DNA of 29,485 bases from Candidatus Micrarchaeota archaeon (GTDB lineage Archaea; Iainarchaeota; Iainarchaeia; Iainarchaeales; JAGVWC01): contig JAZDJR010000023.1 of NCBI GenBank assembly GCA_043803815.1, positions 1 to 29,485 on the forward strand. The letters are read 5' to 3'. How positions within the stretch are numbered: position 1 is the stretch's first letter; each line of letters begins with the position of its first letter. The translations under genes were made by a program, and so were the position numbers. Positions 17,875 to 26,871 of the stretch are shown in pieces. The notes beneath the pieces were generated by a model, which was given only the letters and a program-made list of their open reading frames with translations, made no database searches and was not told the origin of the DNA.

Positions 17875-18558
17875 TTATTTTTTGGGCAAACGGTTTATAT
17901 AATCCAGAATTTCCCGGCTTGCGACCGCGCAGCCCGCGGTCTTGACGGCAAATAACGACGCTTCCAAAGTCGCGGGATTTTGGGAAAGCTCGTAGCCGAA
18001 CAAGTCGTGTTTATACGTCCACGCCAGCAAATCGCACGAGCGCACAATCAACGCGGACTTGAACTGCTGCCGAATCGGGGCAAGGGCGGCCTGGTTCACC
18101 GAAACTTTTTTGTCGTACTTTGCAGCAATGTGGTTTTGAAGGCGAAGCGGCTCTTCAACCAGCATGCGACACGTCCTTTCGTCGATAGCCATGGCGTCCG
18201 CCTGCAAAGACAAATACAAAGCCATGGTTTCGATTTCTCCGGCCTGCAGAATCGCCAAGGGTTTTTTTCCGATTAAAAAACTGTGATTGGCCCAGTCCGC
18301 GATTTTGGCTGCCCATTGTTTTGTTTCGCTGGTCGGCTGGACGATTTCCATCCATTCCATCTCGACGGCTTCGCGAATCCGCTCGGCGTTAAGCTCGAAG
18401 CGGTGAATCCGGGTGGGGGTTTCGACTGATTCGTCCCAAACCGACTGGGAAAGCAAAAACCGGCAGTCGGAATGGTCGTGCATGTGCATTAACAGGCGAA
18501 AAAAACATTTTTCGGAAAGCGAAATTAGAGTGCTGGAATCGAAAATAATGGCGTTTAT
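17875..18558 (-). CDS. PIN-domain protein; probable ATA start at 18558
   Basis: In-frame extension above the listed ATG gives IIFDSSTLI (first PIN strand and Asp); also SVWDE, AGEIE, IDER; GAGGTG 5 nt before ATA. Confidence 0.75.
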   Translation of the reverse strand: MNAIIFDSSTLISLSEKCFFRLLMHMHDHSDCRFLLSQSVWDESVETPTRIHRFELNAERIREAVEMEWMEIVQPTSETKQWAAKIADWANHSFLIGKKPLAILQAGEIETMALYLSLQADAMAIDERTCRMLVEEPLRLQNHIAAKYDKKVSVNQAALAPIRQQFKSALIVRSCDLLAWTYKHDLFGYELSQNPATLEASLFAVKTAGCAVASREILDYINRLPKK

Positions 18559-18740
18559 ATCAACACCTCGCCGTTGATTTTCGCGAAGCGATTTTCTTTT
18601 TCCCGGGTTTTTCTTTTTTGAAAAGAAAAAGCCGCGGTACTGGAATCGAAAATAATGGCGTTCAATTCAACACCTCGAAATTCGAATCGAAAATAATCGC
18701 ATTCAATTCAGCGCATTGACTTGGAACCGAAAATGGCGAT
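18533..18740 (-). repeat. Three to four tandem decaying copies of the PIN gene start with an inserted triplex-type element
   Basis: 38-bp copies at 18533 and 18640 (3 mismatches), 27-bp copy at 18684, degenerate copy near 18722. Confidence 0.85.
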
Positions 18741-18741
18741 T

Positions 18742-19308
18742 TCATGCCAGCACCTTGTCCAGCCGCTTTACCCTTGATTCGATTTCGGAAGCGGTTTTTT
18801 GCTCGTCGTGCATTTTGGTGTAGCCGATGTAATTGAACAGATCTTTTTTGTTCGCGCCGGTAAGTCCGGTGGCTTGGCTTAAACTAAGCCCCAGCGCGTA
18901 AAGCGAACTGGCCTGCTTGACCCTGCTTTTTTCCAATAGGTTTTGGACAAAATGCCCGCCTTGGCTGTCGATTTTGTACACGTGTTCCTGCAGATGGTCC
19001 AAGAGTTTTTCAAAAGCGGGAACGTTTTTTTGAACCAGCGCTTTTTGGGCGTCAGCCAAATCCATGCGAATATTTTTTTGGATAAACTTCCATCCTTTTT
19101 GGCCTTGCAAATGTTCCTTGGTCAAAAGCTTGTGCAAGGCATACGCGAGCACCGCCACTTCGGCCTGCAAAGAATCGTTTTCAAGGGATGCGCGATAAAC
19201 CGCTTGGTCCGCGATTTCGCGCAATTCACGGGCATTATTGGACGAAAACGCGGCCTGGATTTTCGCGATTTTTTTGGACAATTCTTCAAGCACAAAACAA
19301 ACACGCAA
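18742..19308 (-). CDS. Hypothetical helical protein upstream of the PIN gene
   Basis: 188 aa ORF, host-like codon use; start uncertain. Confidence 0.8.
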   Translation of the reverse strand: MRVCFVLEELSKKIAKIQAAFSSNNARELREIADQAVYRASLENDSLQAEVAVLAYALHKLLTKEHLQGQKGWKFIQKNIRMDLADAQKALVQKNVPAFEKLLDHLQEHVYKIDSQGGHFVQNLLEKSRVKQASSLYALGLSLSQATGLTGANKKDLFNYIGYTKMHDEQKTASEIESRVKRLDKVLA

Positions 19309-19390
19309 CCGCGGTTTTTAAGGTTTTAGCCCGCTTTTGGGCAAAGCGGATTCGCTGGATTTAAATAGTTCAATTCGGTATTTTTAGCAA

Positions 19391-20740
19391 ATGAACCTCC
19401 TCCGATTGGCTACTGCCCTGTTCCTGCTGATAATGATTTTAGCGGGGGTTTTTGCGTCCGTTGCGGCTCCTGAAGCCGTTGATTGGATTGAAAACCAAAA
19501 TCATTTCCTGAAAAAAAACGATTCCATTGAAACCCCGACTGTTTTAATCGAGCACGACGGCCAAAAATACTGGCTGATACCCGTAATTGCGGGAGCCGAT
19601 TTGACCACGTTTTTTCCGGTTTCTTTTTCCGACAAAACCGTGTCGGTTAACGAAGGCGTAAACCGCGAATTGTTTGCCACCGCGCGCTTTTTGCGCGGAT
19701 ACCTGCCCTATCGAAACCAAAGCCGAACCAACAAAAGCTGGTTCATCGGTTCCGACAACGCGTTTATTATTTCCAATTTATCCAGCGACCTGAAAAGCAG
19801 CCAATTCAAATTAAACAATTTAAAATCCGAACTTAACCGCGTAGGCGAAACCAGCGACATTGATTCCATGCAATCAGCCTTAAGCCAAATGGCCGATGTT
19901 GCAACCGCTCTAGGAGAAAATATTTCCAGTGCAGTCAGCGCTGAAAACGATTTTTTAGAAAACCCTTCCACCGCAACGGTCGCCATCATCAAGGAAAAAT
20001 TCGGCGTTGCGTATGATTCCCTGTTCCAATTGGAATCCTTGGCGCGCCAGTATCAGGAAATGGAAAACGAACTCAAAACCAAAATTTCGGGTTCCACCAA
20101 ATTAACGGCCGCGGAGCGAAACAACCTGATTCCGTTGGCCAGCGCCCCTCAAAGCCTGTACACTATTGGCAGCAAAAACATCGGCAACTGGGTCATCACG
20201 GCCAACGAAAACAAGCAAAGCGTGGAAACCATTTTCAATCAGTCCAAATCCCTTTCATTTTTGGACACCGCGGTGTCCGAATTCAACAAGCGCCTGAAGC
20301 AAAACGAAACGTATCAGGGCATTTTCGGCATTGACCAGGAATTTTCCGCGGCCAGCGGCTCCCCTTCTTTAAAACTGGCCATGGACGACTTGCAATTGCC
20401 GGAAAAAAAAACCCTGTGGAAAAATCAGGAACAGCTGCAAACCGCAGTGATCCAATATCAGTCCGCGGTTGATTTGCTGAACAGCGAAGAATTCGAATTA
20501 AGCAAAATCGCGGCGCAAAAAGCCAAAAACGCGGTTTTAAACGTGATTGCGGACGGTTACGTGGAAGAACCGCCAACCGGCATTAATCCGCAAGACCTGA
20601 TAAACGTAGCCATTATCGGGTTTATTCTGGTGATTTTATTATACGCGCTCAAAAACCGCGGCAACATCATGACCGCAATTTCTTCGGGCGGGGAAAATAA
20701 GGAAACGGAACTCGACCCATATGGCTGGAACAAAAAATAA
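19391..20740 (+). CDS. Secreted helical protein with C-terminal TM anchor
   Basis: Signal peptide, coiled-coil body, C-terminal TM. Confidence 0.85.
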   Translation: MNLLRLATALFLLIMILAGVFASVAAPEAVDWIENQNHFLKKNDSIETPTVLIEHDGQKYWLIPVIAGADLTTFFPVSFSDKTVSVNEGVNRELFATARFLRGYLPYRNQSRTNKSWFIGSDNAFIISNLSSDLKSSQFKLNNLKSELNRVGETSDIDSMQSALSQMADVATALGENISSAVSAENDFLENPSTATVAIIKEKFGVAYDSLFQLESLARQYQEMENELKTKISGSTKLTAAERNNLIPLASAPQSLYTIGSKNIGNWVITANENKQSVETIFNQSKSLSFLDTAVSEFNKRLKQNETYQGIFGIDQEFSAASGSPSLKLAMDDLQLPEKKTLWKNQEQLQTAVIQYQSAVDLLNSEEFELSKIAAQKAKNAVLNVIADGYVEEPPTGINPQDLINVAIIGFILVILLYALKNRGNIMTAISSGGENKETELDPYGWNKK

Positions 20741-21605
20741 AACCCCAAACCGGAAAATAAAATTCCTGTTCTTATCGTTTTTTTTGCTGGGCTTAACCGC
20801 GACAGCAGGAGCCCAGTTTTCGGTTTTAATTCTGCCGCAAAGCCAAAACGGATTCTGGTACCAAAACGAAATCGTTCCCGTCGAAATCAAAATCATTAAT
20901 CTGGGAAACCGGCGCGAAACCGGAATCCGATTGTTTGTCGAAACCACCAAAGACCTGGCAATAATTAATCAGGACCAAATCAGGCCAAGCCAGGAACTGG
21001 CCATTCCCGAACTGTTTGCCAATCAAGCCGAATCCCGAATCGTTTTTGTCAAAGCGACCGGTGCACCGACCCAAAACGCCATACTATCGGTTTCGTACGG
21101 CATCGGAAAATATTCCAATTTGGCCAGCCAAACCGTTGAAATCCGCTCTGCCCCTGTTCGGCTGGAATTAAACCAGAACCGGTTTGTCCTGTTCGAATCC
21201 AAACCCCAAAAAGTATTCGCCAGTTTTTTTAACGACCAAAACAAAACGCTAAGCAACCTGCAAATCCGGCTTTTCGGACCTGCCGACGTTGACATCACGG
21301 GAAAAACATTCCAACAGGAAACCGTCGGGCCGTTCCAATCCATCCAAAACGCGGAACTCGAATTTTGGCCGCAACCCTTGGCCACCGGAACCCGCGAACT
21401 CACCGCGGTCGCATCCTACACCGATTCCAACGGATTCCATCAAACCGAACAGCGGTTCCTGGTGCGCTACACCGCAAACGCTTCAACCAATTTTTTTCCG
21501 TTTTTAGTCCTGATTTTGATTTTAATTTTTTACTTCGTCTGGACACAGCTTAAACCAGCGGCCCAACCCGGTTCCAAAAACGAAAAACCGAAAGAAAAAA
21601 AGTAA
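20721..21605 (+). CDS. Surface protein with Ig/CARDB-like repeats (S-layer-like)
   Basis: Signal peptide, VEIKIINLG beta pattern, SYTDSNG, C-terminal TM and basic tail. Confidence 0.8.
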   Translation: MAGTKNKTPNRKIKFLFLSFFLLGLTATAGAQFSVLILPQSQNGFWYQNEIVPVEIKIINLGNRRETGIRLFVETTKDLAIINQDQIRPSQELAIPELFANQAESRIVFVKATGAPTQNAILSVSYGIGKYSNLASQTVEIRSAPVRLELNQNRFVLFESKPQKVFASFFNDQNKTLSNLQIRLFGPADVDITGKTFQQETVGPFQSIQNAELEFWPQPLATGTRELTAVASYTDSNGFHQTEQRFLVRYTANASTNFFPFLVLILILIFYFVWTQLKPAAQPGSKNEKPKEKK

Positions 21606-21608
21606 AAG

Positions 21609-21677
21609 TGCGGTCAGCAGGTGTTAACATCGTCAACGGCTTTTGGCCTCGGAGTTGAGTTAATTCATCATCCCGCA
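21609..21677 (-). ncRNA. Archaeal C/D box guide sRNA
   Basis: TGCGG-G-ATGATGA(C)-12 nt-CCGA(D')-hairpin-TTGACGA(C')-12 nt-CTGA(D)-CCGCA; 5-bp terminal stem; TTTTAATA 22-29 nt upstream. Confidence 0.88.
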
Positions 21678-21727
21678 GCAAAAAAAACAATTAAATTGTA
21701 TTAAAACCATTGGTATTCGGCGGTTTC

Positions 21728-22426
21728 ATGCACGACGTATTGTCTTTTACCAAAAGCGAAATTCCCGCGATAAAGGCGTTCTTAGGCCGGTTTGACGAGC
21801 AATTGCCGCCGAACCAGTACGAACTGGTGCGCTGCAAAGTCAGCGGCAACACCCTGATTTTGTTTGAAAGCGGAAAACTCGTGATACAGGGAAAAAACAC
21901 CGAACCGCTCAAAGAACGAATCCTAAAAGAACTGTCCAAAACAACGGAAGAAATCATTTTGGGAATCGACGAAACCGGACGCGGAGAAAACACCGGCGAC
22001 TTTTGCATCGCGGGAGTCCTTGGCAAAACCGGGGATTTGCGCGAAGTGCGCGACAGCAAAAAAACCGCGAACATAAACGAAAAGAAAAAAATTGTCGAGC
22101 AAAAAGCATTGAACGCGGTCGTTTTATGCTATTCCGCGGAAACGATTGACGCGTTGCGGAATGAAGGGGTCAATTTGAACCAAATCGAAGGCCAAGCCAT
22201 CGACTGGATAAGCGATTTTTTCGAGCAAAACTTTCCCAAACCCCAAAAAATTATCGTGGACGGCGGATATCTGCCCGTGCAAAACAAAAAAATCGAGTTT
22301 TTGCCCCGCGCCGACGATTTGGAACCCGTGGTTTCCGCCGCGAGCATTCTGGCGCGCGCCGCACGCCTAGAAGGCGACACCAAAACGCTTCGCAAAACAT
22401 GGAAAACAAAAAACAAAGACGAATAA
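21728..22426 (+). CDS. Type 2 ribonuclease H with N-terminal TBP-like (RNase HIII-type) domain
   Basis: GIDETGRG, RDSKK, IIVDG, RADD, VSAASILAR; N-domain FESGKLVIQGK. Confidence 0.88.
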   Translation: MHDVLSFTKSEIPAIKAFLGRFDEQLPPNQYELVRCKVSGNTLILFESGKLVIQGKNTEPLKERILKELSKTTEEIILGIDETGRGENTGDFCIAGVLGKTGDLREVRDSKKTANINEKKKIVEQKALNAVVLCYSAETIDALRNEGVNLNQIEGQAIDWISDFFEQNFPKPQKIIVDGGYLPVQNKKIEFLPRADDLEPVVSAASILARAARLEGDTKTLRKTWKTKNKDE

Positions 22427-22672
22427 AAAAAACGGAACAAAAAAATTATTTTTTATTTTTCTGGCGGCATTAAAAGCCAACCATGCAATCGCCCCTCAAA
22501 CGAACCGCCTGTTTTTTCTGCCGGCCGACTTTTTGCCGACACGGTTCACGGCCAGCCAGGATTCGATTTGTTCGGCAAGACTTTCAGTTCGAGGTGAAGG
22601 CACGCCGGCCAACGGTCCACTCAACCTTTCAGAGATAATGTTTTTCTATTCCTATTCCCTTTGTCAAGTCAA

Positions 22673-25327
22673 ATGAAAATCCTTTTCCGGGTCTTGACGC
22701 TCGCACTCATCGCCGCGTTAATTTTTCCCCTGGTCCTCGCCGAGTGCTCCATTGCCACTCCCGATAATCTCGTGCAAAACCCCTGCATCGAAGACGCCGG
22801 TGCCGGCGGAAACCCCGCAGTTTGGTCCATCTATACCGATGACCAAGCCCCGCCCGCGACTCTGTGGGAACTTACCTGGGAGAATGGATACACCGGCAAC
22901 TCTACGCGCGTGCTCAAAACATTTTCCCGGACTACCGTCACCGGCTGGCCCTATCGGTTTGGATGGGGACAAAGCGTGGCCGGCATCGAATCCGGCGCGT
23001 GGTACGAATTCTCGGCCGACATGGCTATTAAAGACCTCGAACCATTCCTCAACGACGACAACTCGCTTTCGGGCAAAGCCACGAGATTGGGCATTGCAAT
23101 CGAATTCATGTATCCTGCCAACGGCGTCGTCTATGGAATGGGATACGGCGAGGAATCATCGGGGTTTTTATCCTATGGCCCCGTTCTTTCCGATTGGAAC
23201 CAAACCAGCTGGATTCACGCAACCGTGACAAATCGCACGGACGACTGGAGACGATTCAGCCAATTCGTGCAAGCTCCCGCCGGCACCACGCGCGCACTCC
23301 TGCGCACCGTCAACATGCCTCGCGGCGCCGCTTATTTTGACAATATTTCCCTTCGCAAAGTCTCCGCCGATAGCGTTCCCTACAAATCCGACTTGAAAAA
23401 ACAGGGAACACTTAATTTGTTCCAATACCAAGGCCAAAACTTTTTCCCCATCTCGGCCTATGGATACCCAAAAAATGCCGCAGGCGATTTGTCCATCGAC
23501 GAAATGAAAAATTTAGGATTCAACACGGTTTATTTCTTCCACCGCTCCTATCTGAATCCCGCGGATTTCCAGCAATACCTGCAAACAGAGCACCCGGAAC
23601 TCGCGGTTTTCGGCAATGCTGGCACTCGCTTTTACTATAACACCGACCCTTACGACAACACACTTTATCACTGGATCGACCAGGTTCGCTCGAACTTTTA
23701 CCCGAATTACATTGGCGCCGCTGGCATCCGCACAAACATAGATGCCTGGGCTGAAAACTCCCAATTGCTGTTTTGGGACAACATTGACCAGGACGAAACC
23801 GACTCATGGAGCTACAGCAATAACGGAAGCTACTTGCCGGAACTGACCGCCGCCAAGGCTTTTAGCGATTATGCGCACGCCCGCAACATAAAAGTGTCCA
23901 CCAATTTGGGCGGCGGCCCCTACACGGGAAACATGATGGACATGGCGACTTATTACCGGCTCTTGGATATTGTTTCCTTTACGAACAACACTCACCGCGC
24001 CTACCCCAAATTCTACGACAACAGCAACGATATAGTCATTCTGCCCGACTTGCCCGATGCCGGCAGACGAATCCGCAGAGCCATTGAAACCGCTGCGGCA
24101 GCCGGACATCCCATCAAAGCTATTGCTTTTGGAACCGGCAACTACCAATGGACCAGCTGGGACGGAATTTCATGTTGTAATGGACGCGACCAGCACCGCA
24201 AAGTCCCTTTTAACCTCCAGCGATTCCAGGTTTTCAACGACATTATCAACGGAGCCAGCGGCGCCACGTTTTTCGGGGCAGGCAACGGAGTCCAGCTGGA
24301 AGACCCAAATTATGGCATCTATTTTACTTACTCGTGGAACCAAATAAAGGCTATCGTCAGAGAACTCGCCAACCTGCGGCCCATACTCGAAGAACCACAA
24401 TTTTTCAACGAATGGACTGTGAGCGATTCGCGCATCAACGCCATGCTCAAAAAACACGATGAAAAAATTTATTTGCTGGCCGCGAGCACGGCCTACGAAG
24501 ACCTCTCCAACATACAATTCACCCTGACCGGAAATTATAGTGTAACCAAAGTAACCGCGCTCAACGATATAACCAACGGCGACTTTGAAAACCCCCAAAA
24601 CCGCCTACTATGCGGAGCAACAAGCCCCGCCTGCCAAAACAATTCGTTCACGGATAATTTCATCGGCGAAAACGCGTCATCTCCCCAGGGGTTCAACGCG
24701 CCAGGCTACGCGGTCCACATCTACAAAATCGAACTCGCCGGAGAACCACCCGCCGCAATTTGCGGAAACAATACCATCGAAGGAACCGAACAATGCGACA
24801 CCACCGACCTGAACGGGCAAACCTGCTTAACAAAAGACTTTAACGGCGGCATACTCACCTGCAATTCCAACTGCACATTCAACACCGGCGCATGCACCAC
24901 AATCACGTACCAATGCTCGGACGGAATCGACAATGACAACGACAACAAAATCGACTACCCTGCCGACCCCGATTGTTCAAGCCCAAACGACAACAACGAA
25001 ACCGGAACCACACTACCCTGCATTGAAAATTGGACCTGCACCGAATGGAGCGCGTGCGAAAACGGATTCCAAACCCGAACCTGCACCGACACCAATCACT
25101 GCGCAACCACCACCACAAGCCCCCAAACCAGCCAAACCTGCTCAACCGACAACAACCAAAACAGCAATCCGGACAACAACCCAAACCCGGCCATTGACCA
25201 AAATCAAGCCAAACCCGGAGACAACCAATTCGCACTCGACGCCACCAAAACCGCACTCATCGCATTTGCAATATTGGTCCTGCTCGGCTCCACCATCACC
25301 GCCATCAAAACCATGACGGATGTTTAA
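22673..25327 (+). CDS. Large cell-surface protein: CBM-like domain, putative glycoside hydrolase barrel, Cys-rich repeats, TM anchor
   Basis: Signal peptide; NLVQNP...AYFDNISLR; FFPISAYG...LGFNTV...INGASGATFF; CGNNTIEGTEQCD; CSDGIDNDNDNKIDYPADPDC; WTCTEWSAC. Confidence 0.8.
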   Translation: MKILFRVLTLALIAALIFPLVLAECSIATPDNLVQNPCIEDAGAGGNPAVWSIYTDDQAPPATLWELTWENGYTGNSTRVLKTFSRTTVTGWPYRFGWGQSVAGIESGAWYEFSADMAIKDLEPFLNDDNSLSGKATRLGIAIEFMYPANGVVYGMGYGEESSGFLSYGPVLSDWNQTSWIHATVTNRTDDWRRFSQFVQAPAGTTRALLRTVNMPRGAAYFDNISLRKVSADSVPYKSDLKKQGTLNLFQYQGQNFFPISAYGYPKNAAGDLSIDEMKNLGFNTVYFFHRSYLNPADFQQYLQTEHPELAVFGNAGTRFYYNTDPYDNTLYHWIDQVRSNFYPNYIGAAGIRTNIDAWAENSQLLFWDNIDQDETDSWSYSNNGSYLPELTAAKAFSDYAHARNIKVSTNLGGGPYTGNMMDMATYYRLLDIVSFTNNTHRAYPKFYDNSNDIVILPDLPDAGRRIRRAIETAAAAGHPIKAIAFGTGNYQWTSWDGISCCNGRDQHRKVPFNLQRFQVFNDIINGASGATFFGAGNGVQLEDPNYGIYFTYSWNQIKAIVRELANLRPILEEPQFFNEWTVSDSRINAMLKKHDEKIYLLAASTAYEDLSNIQFTLTGNYSVTKVTALNDITNGDFENPQNRLLCGATSPACQNNSFTDNFIGENASSPQGFNAPGYAVHIYKIELAGEPPAAICGNNTIEGTEQCDTTDLNGQTCLTKDFNGGILTCNSNCTFNTGACTTITYQCSDGIDNDNDNKIDYPADPDCSSPNDNNETGTTLPCIENWTCTEWSACENGFQTRTCTDTNHCATTTTSPQTSQTCSTDNNQNSNPDNNPNPAIDQNQAKPGDNQFALDATKTALIAFAILVLLGSTITAIKTMTDV

Positions 25328-25343
25328 CGTCAAAAAAAATAGT

Positions 25344-25838
25344 TTATTTTTTTTTCGGCATACTGCGCCGGTTAAACGCCAGTGCATGAAGCCGTTCTTC
25401 AAAAGATTGGGTTTGTTTTTCCCGGCCTCCAATTTTTTGGGCCGCGGAATTCAGGCGTTCCAATGATTCCATTTTTTTATTCAGCGCTTCCACTTCAATC
25501 CGAAGCTCGTCGCGCGACTCAACGAGGCGTTCCACTTTGGCTTCCAGTTTGGAAACATCGAATTCTTTTTTCAGGCGGTCAACGGGCAAAGCGGCAACAA
25601 TGTTTTCAATGCGAACCAAACGCCCCTGCAATAATTCGGTTTTTTTGTCCAGCATCGCGATTTTGGACTGGAAAAAAACAGTCTGCTCGTCTTTGGCAAT
25701 CGCACTTGACACGACAAAATCAGAAAGTGCAATGCTTTGGCGAACTTGGGGCTTAACCGGTTTAAGCCGGTTCAGGGCAACAATTCCCATAACCAGCAAA
25801 ACAATCAAAACCAGCAAAGCCAAAGTCAAAGGACCCAT
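25344..25838 (-). CDS. Membrane-anchored coiled-coil protein
   Basis: ATG at 25838 directly before a TM helix; heptad repeats. Confidence 0.75.
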   Translation of the reverse strand: MGPLTLALLVLIVLLVMGIVALNRLKPVKPQVRQSIALSDFVVSSAIAKDEQTVFFQSKIAMLDKKTELLQGRLVRIENIVAALPVDRLKKEFDVSKLEAKVERLVESRDELRIEVEALNKKMESLERLNSAAQKIGGREKQTQSFEERLHALAFNRRSMPKKK

Positions 25839-25978
25839 ATACCGATTTAACTCCAAAAAGTTATTAAAAGGGTTAATTTGGGCAAAGGGGATAAAAAAAC
25901 TGGGCTTTTTTAAGGTGCAGAAACCGAAACCAACAGGTTTGTTCAAAATCGCCAACCGATTGCAAAGCCGCCAATCGA

Positions 25979-26734
25979 TTATTTTAACAGGCTTCGAAGG
26001 TTTTGGGTAGTTTCATCGGCAATCGTTTGAACGGCAGTGTTTCGCAATTCCGCGACTTTTTGGCCCACTAAGGGAATCCAGGAAGGATCGGATAAAACGC
26101 CGTTAAAAGGGGTCGGAGAATCGGTTTCCAAAACCAAGCGGTTCAACTCAATCGTTGCGGCTATTTTTTGGATTTTTTTCTGGTTTAAAACCGCGGGACC
26201 CACCGAAACCAGCCAACCGTTATTTTGAATCCTGTCCAACTGTTCAGAGGTTCCGTCAAACCAATGAATCAAAACTTTTTTCATTCTGAATTTTTCAAGC
26301 GTTGCAATCGTCTCGTCGACCGCTTTTCGCGAATGCACCAAAACCGGCTTTTCGGATTCAAACGCGATTTTCAGCAAGCGTTCAAACCACACTTGCTGTT
26401 TTTCCCTTTTTTCGGAGGAATCCGCATACTTAAAATCCAATCCGATTTCTCCGATACCAACCGCACTAGAAACGTTTTTTTGAATCCAGTCCGCGCAGCG
26501 ACTATTCTCGCTTTCGGAATTGGCTAAAACCGCTTCCGGATGCAAGCCGACCGCAGCCAAAATATTTTTGAATTGTTTTTGCTGTTTCAGTGCTTTTTCG
26601 TTCGAAGCCAAGTCCGCTCCGCACGAAACCGCGCCCCGCACCTGCAAGGCATTCATTTTTTTTAAAGCTTCCGAAGGCAAAGCAAGGCCGGAAAAATGGC
26701 AGTGGCCGTCCATCCAGCCCGAATCCGCATTCAT
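25979..26734 (-). CDS. tatD: TatD-family hydrolase/DNase
   Basis: DGHCH, GLHP, GEIGLD, VHSR, HWF, LETDSP. Confidence 0.95.
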   Translation of the reverse strand: MNADSGWMDGHCHFSGLALPSEALKKMNALQVRGAVSCGADLASNEKALKQQKQFKNILAAVGLHPEAVLANSESENSRCADWIQKNVSSAVGIGEIGLDFKYADSSEKREKQQVWFERLLKIAFESEKPVLVHSRKAVDETIATLEKFRMKKVLIHWFDGTSEQLDRIQNNGWLVSVGPAVLNQKKIQKIAATIELNRLVLETDSPTPFNGVLSDPSWIPLVGQKVAELRNTAVQTIADETTQNLRSLLK

Positions 26735-26794
26735 GCTAGTTTTGCCGCCTAAAGCTTTTTTAAATGTTTTTTAAGAAGAATAGTAATAAACTCC

Positions 26795-26840
26795 TTCAAA
26801 CCAAAAACAATTCAAACCAAAAGAACCATTCAAACCAAAA
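26795..26840 (+). repeat. Three direct repeats TTCAAACCAAAA
   Basis: Copies at 26795, 26811 and 26829. Confidence 0.7.
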
Positions 26841-26871
26841 AAAATTAATAAAATCAAAAAGATTGATTACA

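Noticed and set aside
18571-18665. Programmed -1 frameshift into the PIN gene
   Set aside because: No in-frame X XXY YYZ heptamer found; kept only as a slippage possibility
18533-18740. Repeats as a CRISPR array
   Set aside because: Copies match the PIN gene start, spacing is irregular and no cas genes are present
22440-22660. SRP or RNase P RNA
   Set aside because: Too short and the conserved motifs were not found on either strand
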